Below, piece after piece: positions 45,619 through 56,171 of a DNA stretch of 64,000 nucleotides. Made by a program: the position numbers and the translations under genes. The stretch's first letter is position 1; every line of letters starts with the position of its first letter. The DNA is from Novosphingobium sp. (GTDB lineage: Bacteria > Pseudomonadota > Alphaproteobacteria > Sphingomonadales > Sphingomonadaceae). Location of the stretch: contig NZ_DAISLT010000008.1 in assembly GCF_036820275.1 (NCBI RefSeq), positions 67,177 through 131,176 on the forward strand. Reading direction: 5' to 3'. The notes below the pieces were generated by a model. That model was not told the DNA's origin. It ran no database searches and was given only the letters and a program-made list of their open reading frames with translations.

Positions 45619-46890
45619 TCAGTCGCGCTCGAAATAGCTCGCCAGTTCGACGTGGGTGGACCAGCGGAATTGCCCCACCGGGCGCAGTTCGACCAACCGG
45701 AAGCCCGCCTCGACCAGCCGCGCCGCATCGCGCGACCAGCTCGACGGGTTGCACGAGATATAGACCACCCGGCCCACGCTGGAATCGGCGATGCAATCGA
45801 CCTGCTCGCGCGCACCGGCGCGGGGCGGATCGAGCACGACCGCATCGAACTTGCTGAGTTCGTCGGGCTGGAGCGGGTTGCGGAACAAGTCGCGGTGAGC
45901 CGAGAAAACCGGCAATTGCGCGCGATCAGCAGCGGCCTTGCAGGACAAGTGCGCATCGCGCGCCGCTTCGGCGGCCAGCACCCTCGTCTGCGGCCCGGCC
46001 AGCGCCAGCGCAAACGTCCCGAGGCCGGAGAACAGGTCGGCCACGGTCGCCGCGCCTTCCAGCCAGGTCTTCGCCGCGTCGACGAGGGCTTCCTCGCCAT
46101 CGACGGTTGCCTGAAGGAACGAACCCGGCGGCAGCGGCACTTGAACGCCGCCCAGCGTCACCGTAACCGGCACCGGCTCCCACACGGTTTCGAAACCGTA
46201 GCCGCCATCCATGGTCAGGCGGGCAAGCTTATGCTCGCGCGAGAAATCGAGCATCGCCTCGGTCGCGGCGAGCCCTTCTGCGGTAAGGCCCTTCACGCCC
46301 AGATCGACGCCCTGATCGGTCAGCGTCATCTCGATATCGGCAGCCATGCGGGTCTGCTGGTGCTTGCTCGGCTTGCCGTGGCGGCCCTTCTTGGCCGGGG
46401 CCGCCTTGCCCATGGTGATGAGCAGCTTGCGCAGCGGACCCAGCACCGCGAACAGCTCCGGCGCCATGACCGGGCATTCTTCCAGCTCGACCAGCCGGTG
46501 CGACTTCGCCTCGCGGAAGCCGATCGCCACGCGCCCGCCCGAGCTTTCCGCACGCAGCGAAACGCGGCGGCGTGCCCCCGGCGGCGAAAGGTACGGCGGC
46601 GCGATCTTTTCCGCGCCCAGTTCCTGCGAGGCCGAGGCATTGGCAACGCGGCCCTCGACGAAATCGGCGAGCATCTGATCGTTCAGCTGCTGAAGCTGGC
46701 AGCCGCCGCAACGGCCGAAATGGGTGCAGACCGGCTGGATATGGTTAGGCCCCCATTCCAGGGTGCCATCTGCATGCAGCAAGTCGCCCGGCGCAGCGCC
46801 CCAGGCGAAGCGGCCGGATTCGGTTACGCCATCGCCCTTGGCGGCGATGCGCAGAATCGTTTCGGGGATTTCTTCGGTTCCAATAGTCAC
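45619..46890 (-). CDS. class I SAM-dependent RNA (uracil-5)-methyltransferase, RumA/TrmA family
   Basis: It has the Fe-S Cys cluster CTHFGRCGGCQLQ, then DPPRAG and the C-terminal ISCNP. The GTG start at 46890 overlaps the nnr stop (GTGA). Confidence 0.85.
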   Translation of the reverse strand: MTIGTEEIPETILRIAAKGDGVTESGRFAWGAAPGDLLHADGTLEWGPNHIQPVCTHFGRCGGCQLQQLNDQMLADFVEGRVANASASQELGAEKIAPPYLSPPGARRRVSLRAESSGGRVAIGFREAKSHRLVELEECPVMAPELFAVLGPLRKLLITMGKAAPAKKGRHGKPSKHQQTRMAADIEMTLTDQGVDLGVKGLTAEGLAATEAMLDFSREHKLARLTMDGGYGFETVWEPVPVTVTLGGVQVPLPPGSFLQATVDGEEALVDAAKTWLEGAATVADLFSGLGTFALALAGPQTRVLAAEAARDAHLSCKAAADRAQLPVFSAHRDLFRNPLQPDELSKFDAVVLDPPRAGAREQVDCIADSSVGRVVYISCNPSSWSRDAARLVEAGFRLVELRPVGQFRWSTHVELASYFERD

Positions 46891-48299
46891 AGGCAGGCCG
46901 CTAGCGCAGCCGGGACCATTTGTCCAAGCTGACCCGCAGTAAAGGCGGGCGGAGAGCGCCGCGCGGCCTCTCCGTGCAGCCATACGCCCTCGCAAGCCGC
47001 CGTGAAAGCATCGATACCGGCAGCAAGGCGACTGGCGATGCATCCGGCCAGCACATCCCCCGTCCCGGCAGTCGAAAGCCACGAAGTCGCACGCGGCGCG
47101 CAGGCAAGACGACCATCCGGCGCGGCGATCACCGTGTCCGGTCCCTTGGCCACCACGACCATACCGCTCGCCTCGGCCAAAGCCAGAGCGCGGGCCGGTT
47201 TGCTGCCGCTGCCGTCAAGATCGAAAGCGCGTTCCAGCGCCATCAACTCGCCCTCATGCGGGGTTGCCACGGTGGCCGCCGACCGTTCCGTCAGCGCGCG
47301 CGGCGCCAGCAGGATCAGCGCATCGGCATCGACCACCACCGGCACCGGATCGGCCAGCGCCACCGCCAATCGCTCGCGCGCGGCGGCATCTCGGCCAAGC
47401 CCCGGCCCGACCAGAACCGCCGTGTTGCGATCGTCGGTCAGCACATCGGTCAGCACGCCCTGATCGACCACCAGATCGGCAGGCACATTGCGCTTGCTGT
47501 CGGCAAAAAGCTTCACATAGCCGGCACCGGCGCCTTGCGCGGCAAGGCTCGCCAGTACCGCCGCGCCGGGCATCGCCCCACCGACCACCGCCAGCAGCCC
47601 GCGCCGATACTTGTGGGAATCCGCGTCCGGCGCGGCGATCCGGGGCTTGGCGACTGAAACGGCAGCTCCTTCCACTGGCGCGACGCCGATCGGCACCTGT
47701 CGCAGCGTGCCCATCATGGCGGCCGCGGGCATCAGGAAATGCGCGAATTTCCATGCCCCCAGCGCCAGTGTCGCATCGTAGCACGGCAGTCCCTGATTGA
47801 GCAGCATCCCGGTGTCCGACTGCACCCCGCTCGGCAGATCGAGCGCGATGCGTTGGTGATGCGCCTTCGCCAGCCGCACCAACAGCGCGAAATCCTTCGC
47901 CGACAAAGGGCGCGTCAGGCCGCTGCCATAGAGGCAATCGACGAAGACATCGCCATGCACCTCCGCATCCCCGCTCAGTACCGCGCCCTGATAGCCGGCA
48001 CGCGCGTCACGGGCCGCGTCCGTCTTCGGATCGACCGGCGCGACGACCGTCACCTGCCCGCCGCGCTCGCGGATGGCCTCGGCGATCACATAGCCATCAC
48101 CGCCGTTGTTGCCGGGGCCGCACAGGATCGTGACGGAGCGCCCTGCCGAAACCCGCCAGACCCACTCCGCCGCGCCCGATCCAGCTATCCGCATCAATGC
48201 TCCCACCGACGAGCCCGCAGCGATCAGCGCCTCTTCGGCGGCGCGCATCTGGGCGACGGTCAGGATCTGGTCATTTTGCGGCAGCAGCCTATGGGGCAT
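46887..48299 (-). CDS. nnr: bifunctional NAD(P)H-hydrate epimerase/ADP-dependent dehydratase
   Basis: 470 aa with the YjeF-N motif CGPGNNGGDG and the C-terminal carbohydrate-kinase motif TAGTGDVLAG. Confidence 0.9.
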   Translation of the reverse strand: MPHRLLPQNDQILTVAQMRAAEEALIAAGSSVGALMRIAGSGAAEWVWRVSAGRSVTILCGPGNNGGDGYVIAEAIRERGGQVTVVAPVDPKTDAARDARAGYQGAVLSGDAEVHGDVFVDCLYGSGLTRPLSAKDFALLVRLAKAHHQRIALDLPSGVQSDTGMLLNQGLPCYDATLALGAWKFAHFLMPAAAMMGTLRQVPIGVAPVEGAAVSVAKPRIAAPDADSHKYRRGLLAVVGGAMPGAAVLASLAAQGAGAGYVKLFADSKRNVPADLVVDQGVLTDVLTDDRNTAVLVGPGLGRDAAARERLAVALADPVPVVVDADALILLAPRALTERSAATVATPHEGELMALERAFDLDGSGSKPARALALAEASGMVVVAKGPDTVIAAPDGRLACAPRATSWLSTAGTGDVLAGCIASRLAAGIDAFTAACEGVWLHGEAARRSPPAFTAGQLGQMVPAALAACL

Positions 48300-48648
48300 G
48301 GGACTTCCTCGTGGCCGGGAACAGGTAGCGGTCGGCCCCGACCGAAACGTCGAGCCTGTCGCCTTCCAGCTTTGTTACCGCCACTTGCGCCCCATCGGCA
48401 ACCTCAAGCCCGCGCCCGTCGCTCACCACGGCGAAGCGGCGGAAGCCGCCATCGGGATGGCGGACCAGGAGCATGAGGCCATCCGGCCCTTCGTGCCGCT
48501 CGACCGCACAGATCGGTTTGAGATCGCCGGAACCGGAAACCGCGCAGGAAATGTGCTCGTCCCCCTCCGCCACTTTCGGCGCTTCGTGCCTGGACGAGCA
48601 GGCCGTGAGGGCCAGAACAAGGGCTGTAGCGGGGAACAAGCGTACCAT
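48289..48648 (-). CDS. lipoprotein, hypothetical
   Basis: MVRLFPATALVLALTAC carries a lipobox. The gene overlaps the nnr start by 11 nt. Confidence 0.6.
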   Translation of the reverse strand: MVRLFPATALVLALTACSSRHEAPKVAEGDEHISCAVSGSGDLKPICAVERHEGPDGLMLLVRHPDGGFRRFAVVSDGRGLEVADGAQVAVTKLEGDRLDVSVGADRYLFPATRKSHAP

Positions 48649-48777
48649 GTGCCCTGGCTACAAGGACTTTCCTGCCGACAGCAAGCGTCTGTCCGGCGCA
48701 GCCCGAGAATGGGACACTTACGCAAGCCTTCACGTGATGTTACGCTGCCCTACAATCTGTCGAGGGAGAGCATAACG

Positions 48778-49053
48778 ATGCCGCTGATCGAACGCGCCGC
48801 CCGGGCTCTGGCGAAGGCCGAACACGGAACCGACGACTGGAATGCACTGACCCCACAAGATCGCGAACAGTTCAAGGAAACCGCGCGGGAAGTCGTAAAG
48901 GCACTGCGCGTGCCGACGCCCGGCATGTGCCTTGCCGGTGAGCACCTGCTCAAGAAGGATCGCGGCCTGTCCGTCAACATCAGCGACGTACACGACGCCT
49001 GGCAGAACATGGTGGACGAAGCCGTCCGTCTCGCCCCCGTCAGCGACGGCTAA
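48778..49053 (+). CDS. hypothetical protein (91 aa)
   Basis: The ATG at 48778 follows GAGGGAGAG. The product starts MPLIERAARALAKAEHGTDDWNALTPQDREQFKE... No motif recognised. Confidence 0.5.
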   Translation: MPLIERAARALAKAEHGTDDWNALTPQDREQFKETAREVVKALRVPTPGMCLAGEHLLKKDRGLSVNISDVHDAWQNMVDEAVRLAPVSDG

Positions 49054-49148
49054 CCCGGCCCGCAAGTGTTGCGCCCACCGACAGGCCGGGCGCAACGAAG
49101 ACGGTAATGGGGTGCAGGGGTAATAACCCCTGCTCTTCCCCTTGAACC

Positions 49149-51005
49149 TTACTTCCGCTTGAGCTGGGTCACATCCCGCACCGCGCCCTTTGCCGCGCTG
49201 GTGGTCATCGCGGCGTAAGCCTGAAGCGCCGCCGAAACCTTGCGCGGACGCGGGTGAACCGGCGACCATGCATCGGCACCGCGCGCTTCCTGCTGGGCCC
49301 GGCGGTGAGCAAGCACTTCGTCCGAAACCATCAGGTTGATGGTGCGGCCGGGGATGTCGATCTCGATGGTGTCGCCGTTCTCGACAAGGCCGATGGCGCC
49401 GCCTTCGGCCGCTTCCGGCGAGGCATGACCGATTGACAGGCCCGAAGTGCCGCCCGAGAAACGACCGTCGGTCAGCAGCGCGCAGGCCTTTCCGAGGCCC
49501 TTCGACTTCAGGTAGCTGGTCGGATAGAGCATTTCCTGCATGCCCGGTCCGCCGCGCGGCCCTTCGTAGCGGATGACCACGACGTCACCCGCGCCGACCT
49601 GCCCGCCGAGGATACCGGCAACGGCTGCATCCTGCGATTCGTAGACGCGCGCGGTGCCGGTGAACTTCAGGATCGAATCGTCCACGCCTGCCGTCTTCAC
49701 GATGCAGCCGTCCTGCGCGATATTGCCGTAGAGCACCGCAAGGCCGCCGTCCTGGCTGAACGCGTGTTCCTTGCTGCGGATGACGCCGTTCTCGCGGTCG
49801 AGATCGAGTTCCTCCCAGCGGCGGCTCTGGCTGAACGCGGTCTGCGTCGGCACGCCGCCCGGCGCGGCCTTGAAGAATTCCTGCACCGAAGGCGCGTTGG
49901 TACGCGAGATGTCCCAGTGGTTCAGCGCGTCGCCCAGCGTCTTGGCATGGACGGTCGGCAGATCGGTGTGCAGCAGGCCCGCACGGTCGAGCTGGCCGAG
50001 GATCGCCATGATGCCACCGGCACGGTGAACGTCCTCCATATGGACGTCGTTCTTCGCGGGCGCGACCTTCGACAGGCACGGCACCTTGCGGCTGAGGCGG
50101 TCGATGTCCTCCATCGTGAAGTCCACGCCCGCCTCCACGGCGGCGGCCAGCAGGTGGAGCACGGTGTTGGTCGACCCGCCCATGGCGATATCGAGACTCA
50201 TGGCATTCTCGAACGCGCCGAAGCTGGCGATATTGCGCGGCAGGACGCTTTCGTCCTCCTGCTCGTAGTAGCGGCGGCAGAGATCGACCGCGAGGCGGCC
50301 CGCTTCGAGGAACAGGCGCTGGCGGTCCGAGTGCGTCGCCAGAGTCGAGCCGTTGCCCGGCAGCGAGAGACCCAGCGCTTCGGTCAGGCAGTTCATCGAG
50401 TTGGCGGTGAACATGCCCGAGCACGAGCCGCAAGTCGGGCAGGCCGAACGCTCGATCGCCTGGACTTCCTCGTCGGTGTAGCTCTCGTCGGCGGCGGCGA
50501 CCATGGCGTCGACCAGATCGAGCGCCTGCTCCTTGCCGCGCAGCACGACCTTGCCCGCTTCCATCGGCCCGCCGGAGACGAAGACGACCGGGATGTTGAT
50601 GCGCAGCGCGGCCATCAGCATGCCCGGCGTGATCTTGTCGCAGTTGGAGATGCACACCATCGCGTCGGCACAGTGGGCGTTGACCATGTACTCCACGCTG
50701 TCCGCGATCAGATCGCGGCTGGGCAGCGAATAGAGCATGCCGTCGTGACCCATGGCGATGCCGTCATCGACCGCGATGGTGTTGAATTCCTTGGCGACGC
50801 CGCCCGCCGCCTCGATCTCGCGCGCGACCATCTGGCCCAGGTCCTTGAGGTGGACGTGGCCGGGTACGAACTGCGTGAACGAGTTCACCACCGCGATGAT
50901 CGGCTTGCCGAAGTCCGAATCCTTCATGCCCGTCGCGCGCCAGAGGCCACGCGCGCCCGCCATGTTGCGGCCGTGGGTGGAAGTGCGGGAACGATAGGCG
51001 GGCAT
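49149..51005 (-). CDS. ilvD: dihydroxy-acid dehydratase
   Basis: [26 protein letters not shown] and the Fe-S Cys motifs [11 protein letters not shown] and [18 protein letters not shown]. Confidence 0.95.
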   Translation of the reverse strand: MPAYRSRTSTHGRNMAGARGLWRATGMKDSDFGKPIIAVVNSFTQFVPGHVHLKDLGQMVAREIEAAGGVAKEFNTIAVDDGIAMGHDGMLYSLPSRDLIADSVEYMVNAHCADAMVCISNCDKITPGMLMAALRINIPVVFVSGGPMEAGKVVLRGKEQALDLVDAMVAAADESYTDEEVQAIERSACPTCGSCSGMFTANSMNCLTEALGLSLPGNGSTLATHSDRQRLFLEAGRLAVDLCRRYYEQEDESVLPRNIASFGAFENAMSLDIAMGGSTNTVLHLLAAAVEAGVDFTMEDIDRLSRKVPCLSKVAPAKNDVHMEDVHRAGGIMAILGQLDRAGLLHTDLPTVHAKTLGDALNHWDISRTNAPSVQEFFKAAPGGVPTQTAFSQSRRWEELDLDRENGVIRSKEHAFSQDGGLAVLYGNIAQDGCIVKTAGVDDSILKFTGTARVYESQDAAVAGILGGQVGAGDVVVIRYEGPRGGPGMQEMLYPTSYLKSKGLGKACALLTDGRFSGGTSGLSIGHASPEAAEGGAIGLVENGDTIEIDIPGRTINLMVSDEVLAHRRAQQEARGADAWSPVHPRPRKVSAALQAYAAMTTSAAKGAVRDVTQLKRK

Positions 51006-51153
51006 TGTGCGAACTCCGGGATTGGTCATGGGCACGGCGCTGGGTTCGCGCCATGTCGATCATGGATATGGGGCGCCCCTACGCCAAGTGCAGGGCTTTT
51101 GCGAGGTATAAAATTTCCTGAAATGCGCTTTTTGCTTTTATGATCGTGCGCGA

Positions 51154-51720
51154 TCAGCTTTTCGAGACCGGGCCGTAGCGGTTTTCGTCCGCCTTTCCCG
51201 ACAGGGAGAGCAGCAGCACCAGCACCCCGAGAGCGCCAAGGTAACAGAAGTTGTTGAGGAACAGCAGGCCGAACAGGCGCGTATCGAAAGCGGGATCGGC
51301 GAAGAGCACCGGCATGCGCGCGAAGCCGAAGAACAGGAACGGCAGCGGCAGAAGTCCCCAGGCGCCGGAACGCCCGGTGTCGTGAAGGCGCCTGACGACG
51401 GCGGCGGCGATCAGCACGATCAGCAGGGCCATGATGCCCTCCATCGCCGTGAGGAACGGCGCGATATCCGGCATCAGTTCGGGATGATAGCCCTCGATCT
51501 CGATCTCGTAATGGCCGGGTCCCGAGGAGATCGTGGCCTGCTCCGGGTGCTCCAGCGCGAACCGGCGCATCTTCGCCATCGAGGCGAGCACCATCGGCAT
51601 CGCCGTCGCAAAGCCGCCGACCATCGCGATTCCCGCGACCACCGCTGCCCATGGCCAGAACTGGGCGCGGGTCTCTCGGCCGGAAAATTTCGCCAGCCGT
51701 ACAAGGTGATAGCCGATCAT
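51154..51720 (-). CDS. DUF805 family inner-membrane protein
   Basis: FSGRETRAQFWPW and RRLHDTGRSGAWGLL are signature motifs, and the protein has several TM segments. Confidence 0.8.
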   Translation of the reverse strand: MIGYHLVRLAKFSGRETRAQFWPWAAVVAGIAMVGGFATAMPMVLASMAKMRRFALEHPEQATISSGPGHYEIEIEGYHPELMPDIAPFLTAMEGIMALLIVLIAAAVVRRLHDTGRSGAWGLLPLPFLFFGFARMPVLFADPAFDTRLFGLLFLNNFCYLGALGVLVLLLSLSGKADENRYGPVSKS

Positions 51721-51785
51721 GTTGCCCCCTGATCCATCGCCGCGAGACTATCGCCGCATCCGGGGGACCACAAGCCGGGAGGGGA

Positions 51786-52532
51786 TCAACCTAGCCCGGC
51801 GACGACCGCGTTGCAGAGCCGCGTCATCCGCTCGGCCCAGAGCGCCTGCCCCGCCGCATCGGCGATCTGGTCCTGCCGGATCTCGATGCTGAGATAGGGC
51901 CGGCCATGCGCCTCGGCATGGCGGTTCATCGAGGCGTTGAGAATGCGGCCCGAGTAAGGCTCCTGATCGCCGACGGTCAGCCCTTCCGCTGCCAGCAGCG
52001 GGATGGCGAGGCGGGCGGCGCGGTCGTCCTCATTATAGAGAATGCCGATCTCCCAGGGGCGCGGCTTGTCGCAAGTTGCCAGACCCGGCGTGAAGCTGTG
52101 CAGCGAGACGATCAGTGCGGGCGGCGCCTCCCCCAGCAGCTTTTCAAGCGCGGCATGATAGGGATCGAAATAGGCGGCCACGCGCGCCGCGCGGCCCTCG
52201 TCGCCGATCCGGTTGCCGGGGATATCATAGCCGTCCGAAACCTCGGGAAACATGCCGGGCATGCCGATATCCCGGTTGAGATCGCAGACGAGGCGGCTGA
52301 TTCCGGCGAGCCAGGCGGCAGTACCGGGCGCGATCATCCGTTCCGCCACGGCCGCCACGCCGATATCGACGGCGATGTGCTGGTTCATCAGTTCGGCCGG
52401 AATGCCGAGGTCAATGCCCTCGGGCACATGGTTCGAGGCGTGGTCGGCAATGACGAGGATGCCGCCCTCGGCCGGGGTGCCGAGCAGGGTATAGGGTTCG
52501 GTTTTCAACGCAGTTTCCCGGATAATTGCCAC
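51786..52532 (-). CDS. N-formylglutamate amidohydrolase family protein
   Basis: ILVIADHASNHVP, RLVCDLNR and SLHSFTP. The start is uncertain: GTG at 52532, or TTG at 52508 overlapping the ispE stop as TTGA. Confidence 0.75.
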   Translation of the reverse strand: MAIIRETALKTEPYTLLGTPAEGGILVIADHASNHVPEGIDLGIPAELMNQHIAVDIGVAAVAERMIAPGTAAWLAGISRLVCDLNRDIGMPGMFPEVSDGYDIPGNRIGDEGRAARVAAYFDPYHAALEKLLGEAPPALIVSLHSFTPGLATCDKPRPWEIGILYNEDDRAARLAIPLLAAEGLTVGDQEPYSGRILNASMNRHAEAHGRPYLSIEIRQDQIADAAGQALWAERMTRLCNAVVAGLG

Positions 52533-53317
52533 CAGTCGGGGTGCTCCGCGGCGATCCTTGCCGCGGCCCGGCTTAAAACTTCCTGACTTTCGTAGAGCGC
52601 AAAGCACGTCGCCCCGGAGCCGGACATGCGGGCGAGGAAAGGCGCGGTCTCGTTCAGCGCAGCGAGCACGTCCGCAATCACCGGGCAGATGGCGATGGCG
52701 GGGCTTTCCAGATCGTTGCGACCCGCCAGGGCGATCTCGCGCAAGCTGCCGCCCGGCATGGCGCCGCGATCGCGCCCGTCCCAGGCCTTGAACACCGGCC
52801 CGGTCGGCACCGGCGCGCGCGGATTGACCAGCAGGACCGGGCAACCTTCGAGATCGTTCTCGGAGACTTCGGCAAGCTCGGTGCCGGTGCCGGTGCCGAT
52901 GCAGGGGCGCGAAAGGACGCAGGCGGGCACATCCGCACCCAGCTTCGCCGCGCGCTCATGCCAGTCATCGGGAAGGCCGTGGGCGCGCTCGACCATGCGG
53001 AACACCGCCCCGGCGTCGGCGGAACCGCCGCCCAGCCCAGCCGCGACCGGCAGCCGCTTTTCAAGGTCGACAGTCCAGCCCGTTCCGTGGGGAAGCGCCG
53101 TCAGGGCCTTGGCGACGATATTGCCGAAGGGATCGTCGATCTTTCCCGCGAATTCACCGTGGGTGGTCAGGCTGTCCATGGCGGCAGGCGCTGCCGTCAG
53201 CTCATCCCCGGCATCGACGAAAGCGAACAGGGTTTCCAGCTCGTGATAGCCGTCCTCGCGCCGTCTGCGGACGTGAAGCGCGAGGTTGATCTTGGCATAG
53301 GCAGTTTCGGAAAGCAT
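52505..53317 (-). CDS. ispE: 4-diphosphocytidyl-2-C-methyl-D-erythritol kinase
   Basis: MLSETAYAKINLALHVRRRREDGYHEL and the GHMP motif PVAAGLGGGSADA. Confidence 0.9.
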   Translation of the reverse strand: MLSETAYAKINLALHVRRRREDGYHELETLFAFVDAGDELTAAPAAMDSLTTHGEFAGKIDDPFGNIVAKALTALPHGTGWTVDLEKRLPVAAGLGGGSADAGAVFRMVERAHGLPDDWHERAAKLGADVPACVLSRPCIGTGTGTELAEVSENDLEGCPVLLVNPRAPVPTGPVFKAWDGRDRGAMPGGSLREIALAGRNDLESPAIAICPVIADVLAALNETAPFLARMSGSGATCFALYESQEVLSRAAARIAAEHPDWWQLSGKLR

Positions 53318-53394
53318 CGCGCTTCCATGACGCGGCGCGGACGCAGAGGCAAGATGAGCCTTGGTCCGCCGCACCTCACATCTCACCATAAAGC

Positions 53395-53533
53395 CGCGTC
53401 ATCCTGAACGCGTTTCAGGATCCATCGGGCCGTTCGCGCCGAAGCGTCGTTTCACCAACGGCACCCGCAGCAAGCTACCTAAAGCACCGCCCTTGCTGCG
53501 CGATGGACCCTGAAACGAGTTCAGGGTGACGCG
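53395..53533. repeat. 139-bp MITE-like element with 33-bp terminal inverted repeats that are themselves hairpins
   Basis: The left TIR is cgcgtcatcctgaacgcgtttcaggatccatcg. The reverse complement of the right TIR is cgcgtcaccctgaactcgtttcagggtccatcg. The t>c and a>g differences are compensatory within the internal hairpin. No ORF. Confidence 0.75.
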
Positions 53534-53595
53534 GGAAATTGCGCGAGGGTCGGGGCTTTGAAAAAATGGGAAGCTCTCGCCTCCCCTTTTCCGGA

Positions 53596-55254
53596 TCACA
53601 TATTGGGATAATTCGGCCCGCCGCCGCCTTCGGGAGTGACCCATTCGATGTTCTGGGTCGGGTCCTTGATGTCGCAGGTCTTGCAGTGGACGCAGTTCTG
53701 CGCGTTGATCTGGAGCTTCATGCCCGAACCGTCCGGATCGACGAACTCATAGACCCCCGCCGGGCAATACCGCGCTTCCGGCCCGGCATAGAGCGGCAGG
53801 TTGATCGCGGTGGGAACCGAGGGATCCTTGAGCTTCAGGTGAACCGGCTGGTCTTCCTCGTGGTTGGTGAACGAGTAGGACACGCTGGTCAGGCGGTCGA
53901 AGCTGATCACGCCGTCCGGCTTGGGATAGGCGATCGGCTGGTAGAGATCAGCGCGCTGGAGCGTCGAGGCATCGGTGTGATGCTTCATCGGCTTGGCAAG
54001 CCCGAAGCCGAACAGCGTGCGCAGCCACATGTCGGCGCCCGCCAGCACCGTGCCGATCTCGCCGCCCCACTTGGCGACCATCGGCTCGGCGTTCTGCACG
54101 AGCTTCAGTTCCCTCGCGATCCAGCTTTCGCGCACGGCGGTATCGTATTCGCCGAGCGTGTCCTGCTCGCGGCCCGCCTTGATCGCGGCAGCGATCGCCT
54201 CGGCCGCCAGCATGCCGCTCTTCATCGCGGTATGGGTGCCCTTGATGCGCGGCACATTGACGAAGCCCGCCGAGCAGCCCGCCAGCACGCCGCCCGGGAA
54301 GGCAAGCATCGGCACCGACTGCCAGCCGCCCTCGTTGATCGCACGCGCCCCGTAAGCGACGCGCTTGCCGCCTTCGAGGATCGCGCGGATTTCCGGGTGC
54401 TGCTTCCAGCGCTGGAATTCCTCGAACGGATAAACGTAGGGGTTCTTGTAATCGAGCGCGGTCACGAAACCGAGCGCGACCTGGTTGTTTGCCTGGTGGT
54501 AAAGGAAGCCGCCGCCCCACGAATCGCTCTCGCTCATCGGCCAGCCCTGGGTGTGGATCACCCGGCCGGGGACGTGCTTTTCCGCCGGGATGTCCCAGAG
54601 TTCCTTGATGCCGATGCCGTAGATCTGCGGCTGGCAATCCGCCTCCAGATCGTACTTCGCCTTGAGCCGCTTGGTCAGGTGGCCGCGCGCGCCTTCGCAG
54701 AACACGGTGTACTTGCCCAGCAGGTTCATGCCCGGCTGGAAATCGCCCTTGGGATTGCCCTCGCGGTCGATGCCCATGTCGCCGGTCTGGACGCCGATCA
54801 CGGCGCCCTTGTCGTCATAGAGAATCTCGGCGGCCGGGAAGCCGGGGAAGATCTCGATCTCCAACGCCTCGGCCTGTTCGGCCAGCCAGCGGCAGAGGTT
54901 GCCCAACGAGCCGGTGTAGTTGCCGTCGTTCGACATGAACGGCGGCATCACCAGATGCGGCAGGGAGAACTTCTTCTTCTTCGTCAGGTGCCAGTGCCAG
55001 TTGTCGGTCACCGGGGTCTCGGCCAGCGGGCAGCCGTCCTCGCGCCAGGTCGGCAGCAGTTCGTCGAGCGCCTTGGGATCGATCGTCGCGCCCGACAGGA
55101 TATGCGCGCCGATCTCCGAACCCTTCTCCAGCACGCAGACCGAAAGCTCCGGATCGACCTGTTTCAACCGGATCGCCGTCGCCAGGCCCGCAGGCCCTCC
55201 GCCCACGACGACGACGTCATACGGCATCTCTTCGCGTTCAATCATGGTGTCCAC
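53596..55254 (-). CDS. electron-transfer flavoprotein:ubiquinone oxidoreductase
   Basis: 552 aa with the FAD motif YDVVVVGGGPAGL and the C-terminal 4Fe-4S motif CPAGVYE...CVHCKTCDIKDP. Confidence 0.95.
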   Translation of the reverse strand: MDTMIEREEMPYDVVVVGGGPAGLATAIRLKQVDPELSVCVLEKGSEIGAHILSGATIDPKALDELLPTWREDGCPLAETPVTDNWHWHLTKKKKFSLPHLVMPPFMSNDGNYTGSLGNLCRWLAEQAEALEIEIFPGFPAAEILYDDKGAVIGVQTGDMGIDREGNPKGDFQPGMNLLGKYTVFCEGARGHLTKRLKAKYDLEADCQPQIYGIGIKELWDIPAEKHVPGRVIHTQGWPMSESDSWGGGFLYHQANNQVALGFVTALDYKNPYVYPFEEFQRWKQHPEIRAILEGGKRVAYGARAINEGGWQSVPMLAFPGGVLAGCSAGFVNVPRIKGTHTAMKSGMLAAEAIAAAIKAGREQDTLGEYDTAVRESWIARELKLVQNAEPMVAKWGGEIGTVLAGADMWLRTLFGFGLAKPMKHHTDASTLQRADLYQPIAYPKPDGVISFDRLTSVSYSFTNHEEDQPVHLKLKDPSVPTAINLPLYAGPEARYCPAGVYEFVDPDGSGMKLQINAQNCVHCKTCDIKDPTQNIEWVTPEGGGGPNYPNM

Positions 55255-55337
55255 TGAGCCGGCCCCTAATTTAGTCGCTCGATTAATTTTCTCGAATTGC
55301 CTTGATTGGTGGAAGCCAAGAGGTCAAGACCCAGCCG

Positions 55338-56111
55338 ATGGATCAGGCCCCAAATCGGCAATTTCTGGACGATATCACAGGTGCGCTAGGCTGGTGGCGC
55401 GAAGCCGGGGTCGATTTCGACTTCCTGGACGCGCCCCGCCAGTGGATCGTGCCCGAGGACGAGCAGGACGAAAACGGCGAGCGCCTGCCGCCGCGTCGCC
55501 GCCCGCCGGTGGAGGAAAACGCGCCTCCGCCGATGCCCACGCGCATCGATCCGGCGCTGCTCCCCGCCGACCTTCCCGCCTTCCGCGACTGGTGGATGCG
55601 CGAATCGCTGCTCGACGATGGCGGTCCGACCGGACGCATCCTCCCGCGCGGCGAGGCCGGTGCGGCACTGATGATCGTCGTCGAGACTCCCGAACCGCAG
55701 GACCGCGAAGAGCTGCTGACCGGCGCCCAGGGCAAATTGCTGGATGCCATGCTCGCCGCGTTCGGCACCCGCCGCGAGGACGTCTATCTCGCCAGCGCCC
55801 TGCCCCGCCACGATCCCTTGCCGGACTGGCGCGCGGCGGAGAATCGCGGAGTGGGCGATGCGCTCGCCCGCCACGTTAACCTTGTCGCGCCAGAGCGACT
55901 CATCGTGCTCGGCGGAAACGTCCTGTCGCTCGTTGGCCACGAATTGCCGCAACGCGCTGCCGTTTTAAGACAATTTCAGCATGAAGGACGTGTTATACCG
56001 CTTCTGGCCGGGTGGGGTCTCGCCGCGCTGATGCAGCAACCGCGCGCGAAGGCGAGCTTCTGGAACGCCTGGCTGGAGTGGACACAGTCTAAAACTGACA
56101 CAAGAAATTAA
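55338..56111 (+). CDS. uracil-DNA glycosylase superfamily protein (family 4-like)
   Basis: The C-terminal domain shows a UDG-like pattern: LMIVVETPEPQD...GKLLDAML...VYLASALP...LIVLGG. The N-terminal region is Pro/Arg-rich. Confidence 0.7.
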   Translation: MDQAPNRQFLDDITGALGWWREAGVDFDFLDAPRQWIVPEDEQDENGERLPPRRRPPVEENAPPPMPTRIDPALLPADLPAFRDWWMRESLLDDGGPTGRILPRGEAGAALMIVVETPEPQDREELLTGAQGKLLDAMLAAFGTRREDVYLASALPRHDPLPDWRAAENRGVGDALARHVNLVAPERLIVLGGNVLSLVGHELPQRAAVLRQFQHEGRVIPLLAGWGLAALMQQPRAKASFWNAWLEWTQSKTDTRN

Positions 56112-56171
56112 CCGTGCCGGAGGCTTCGACGTCCTGAAAGGACCGATCTTTCCCGGCAAAGCGGTCGCACG

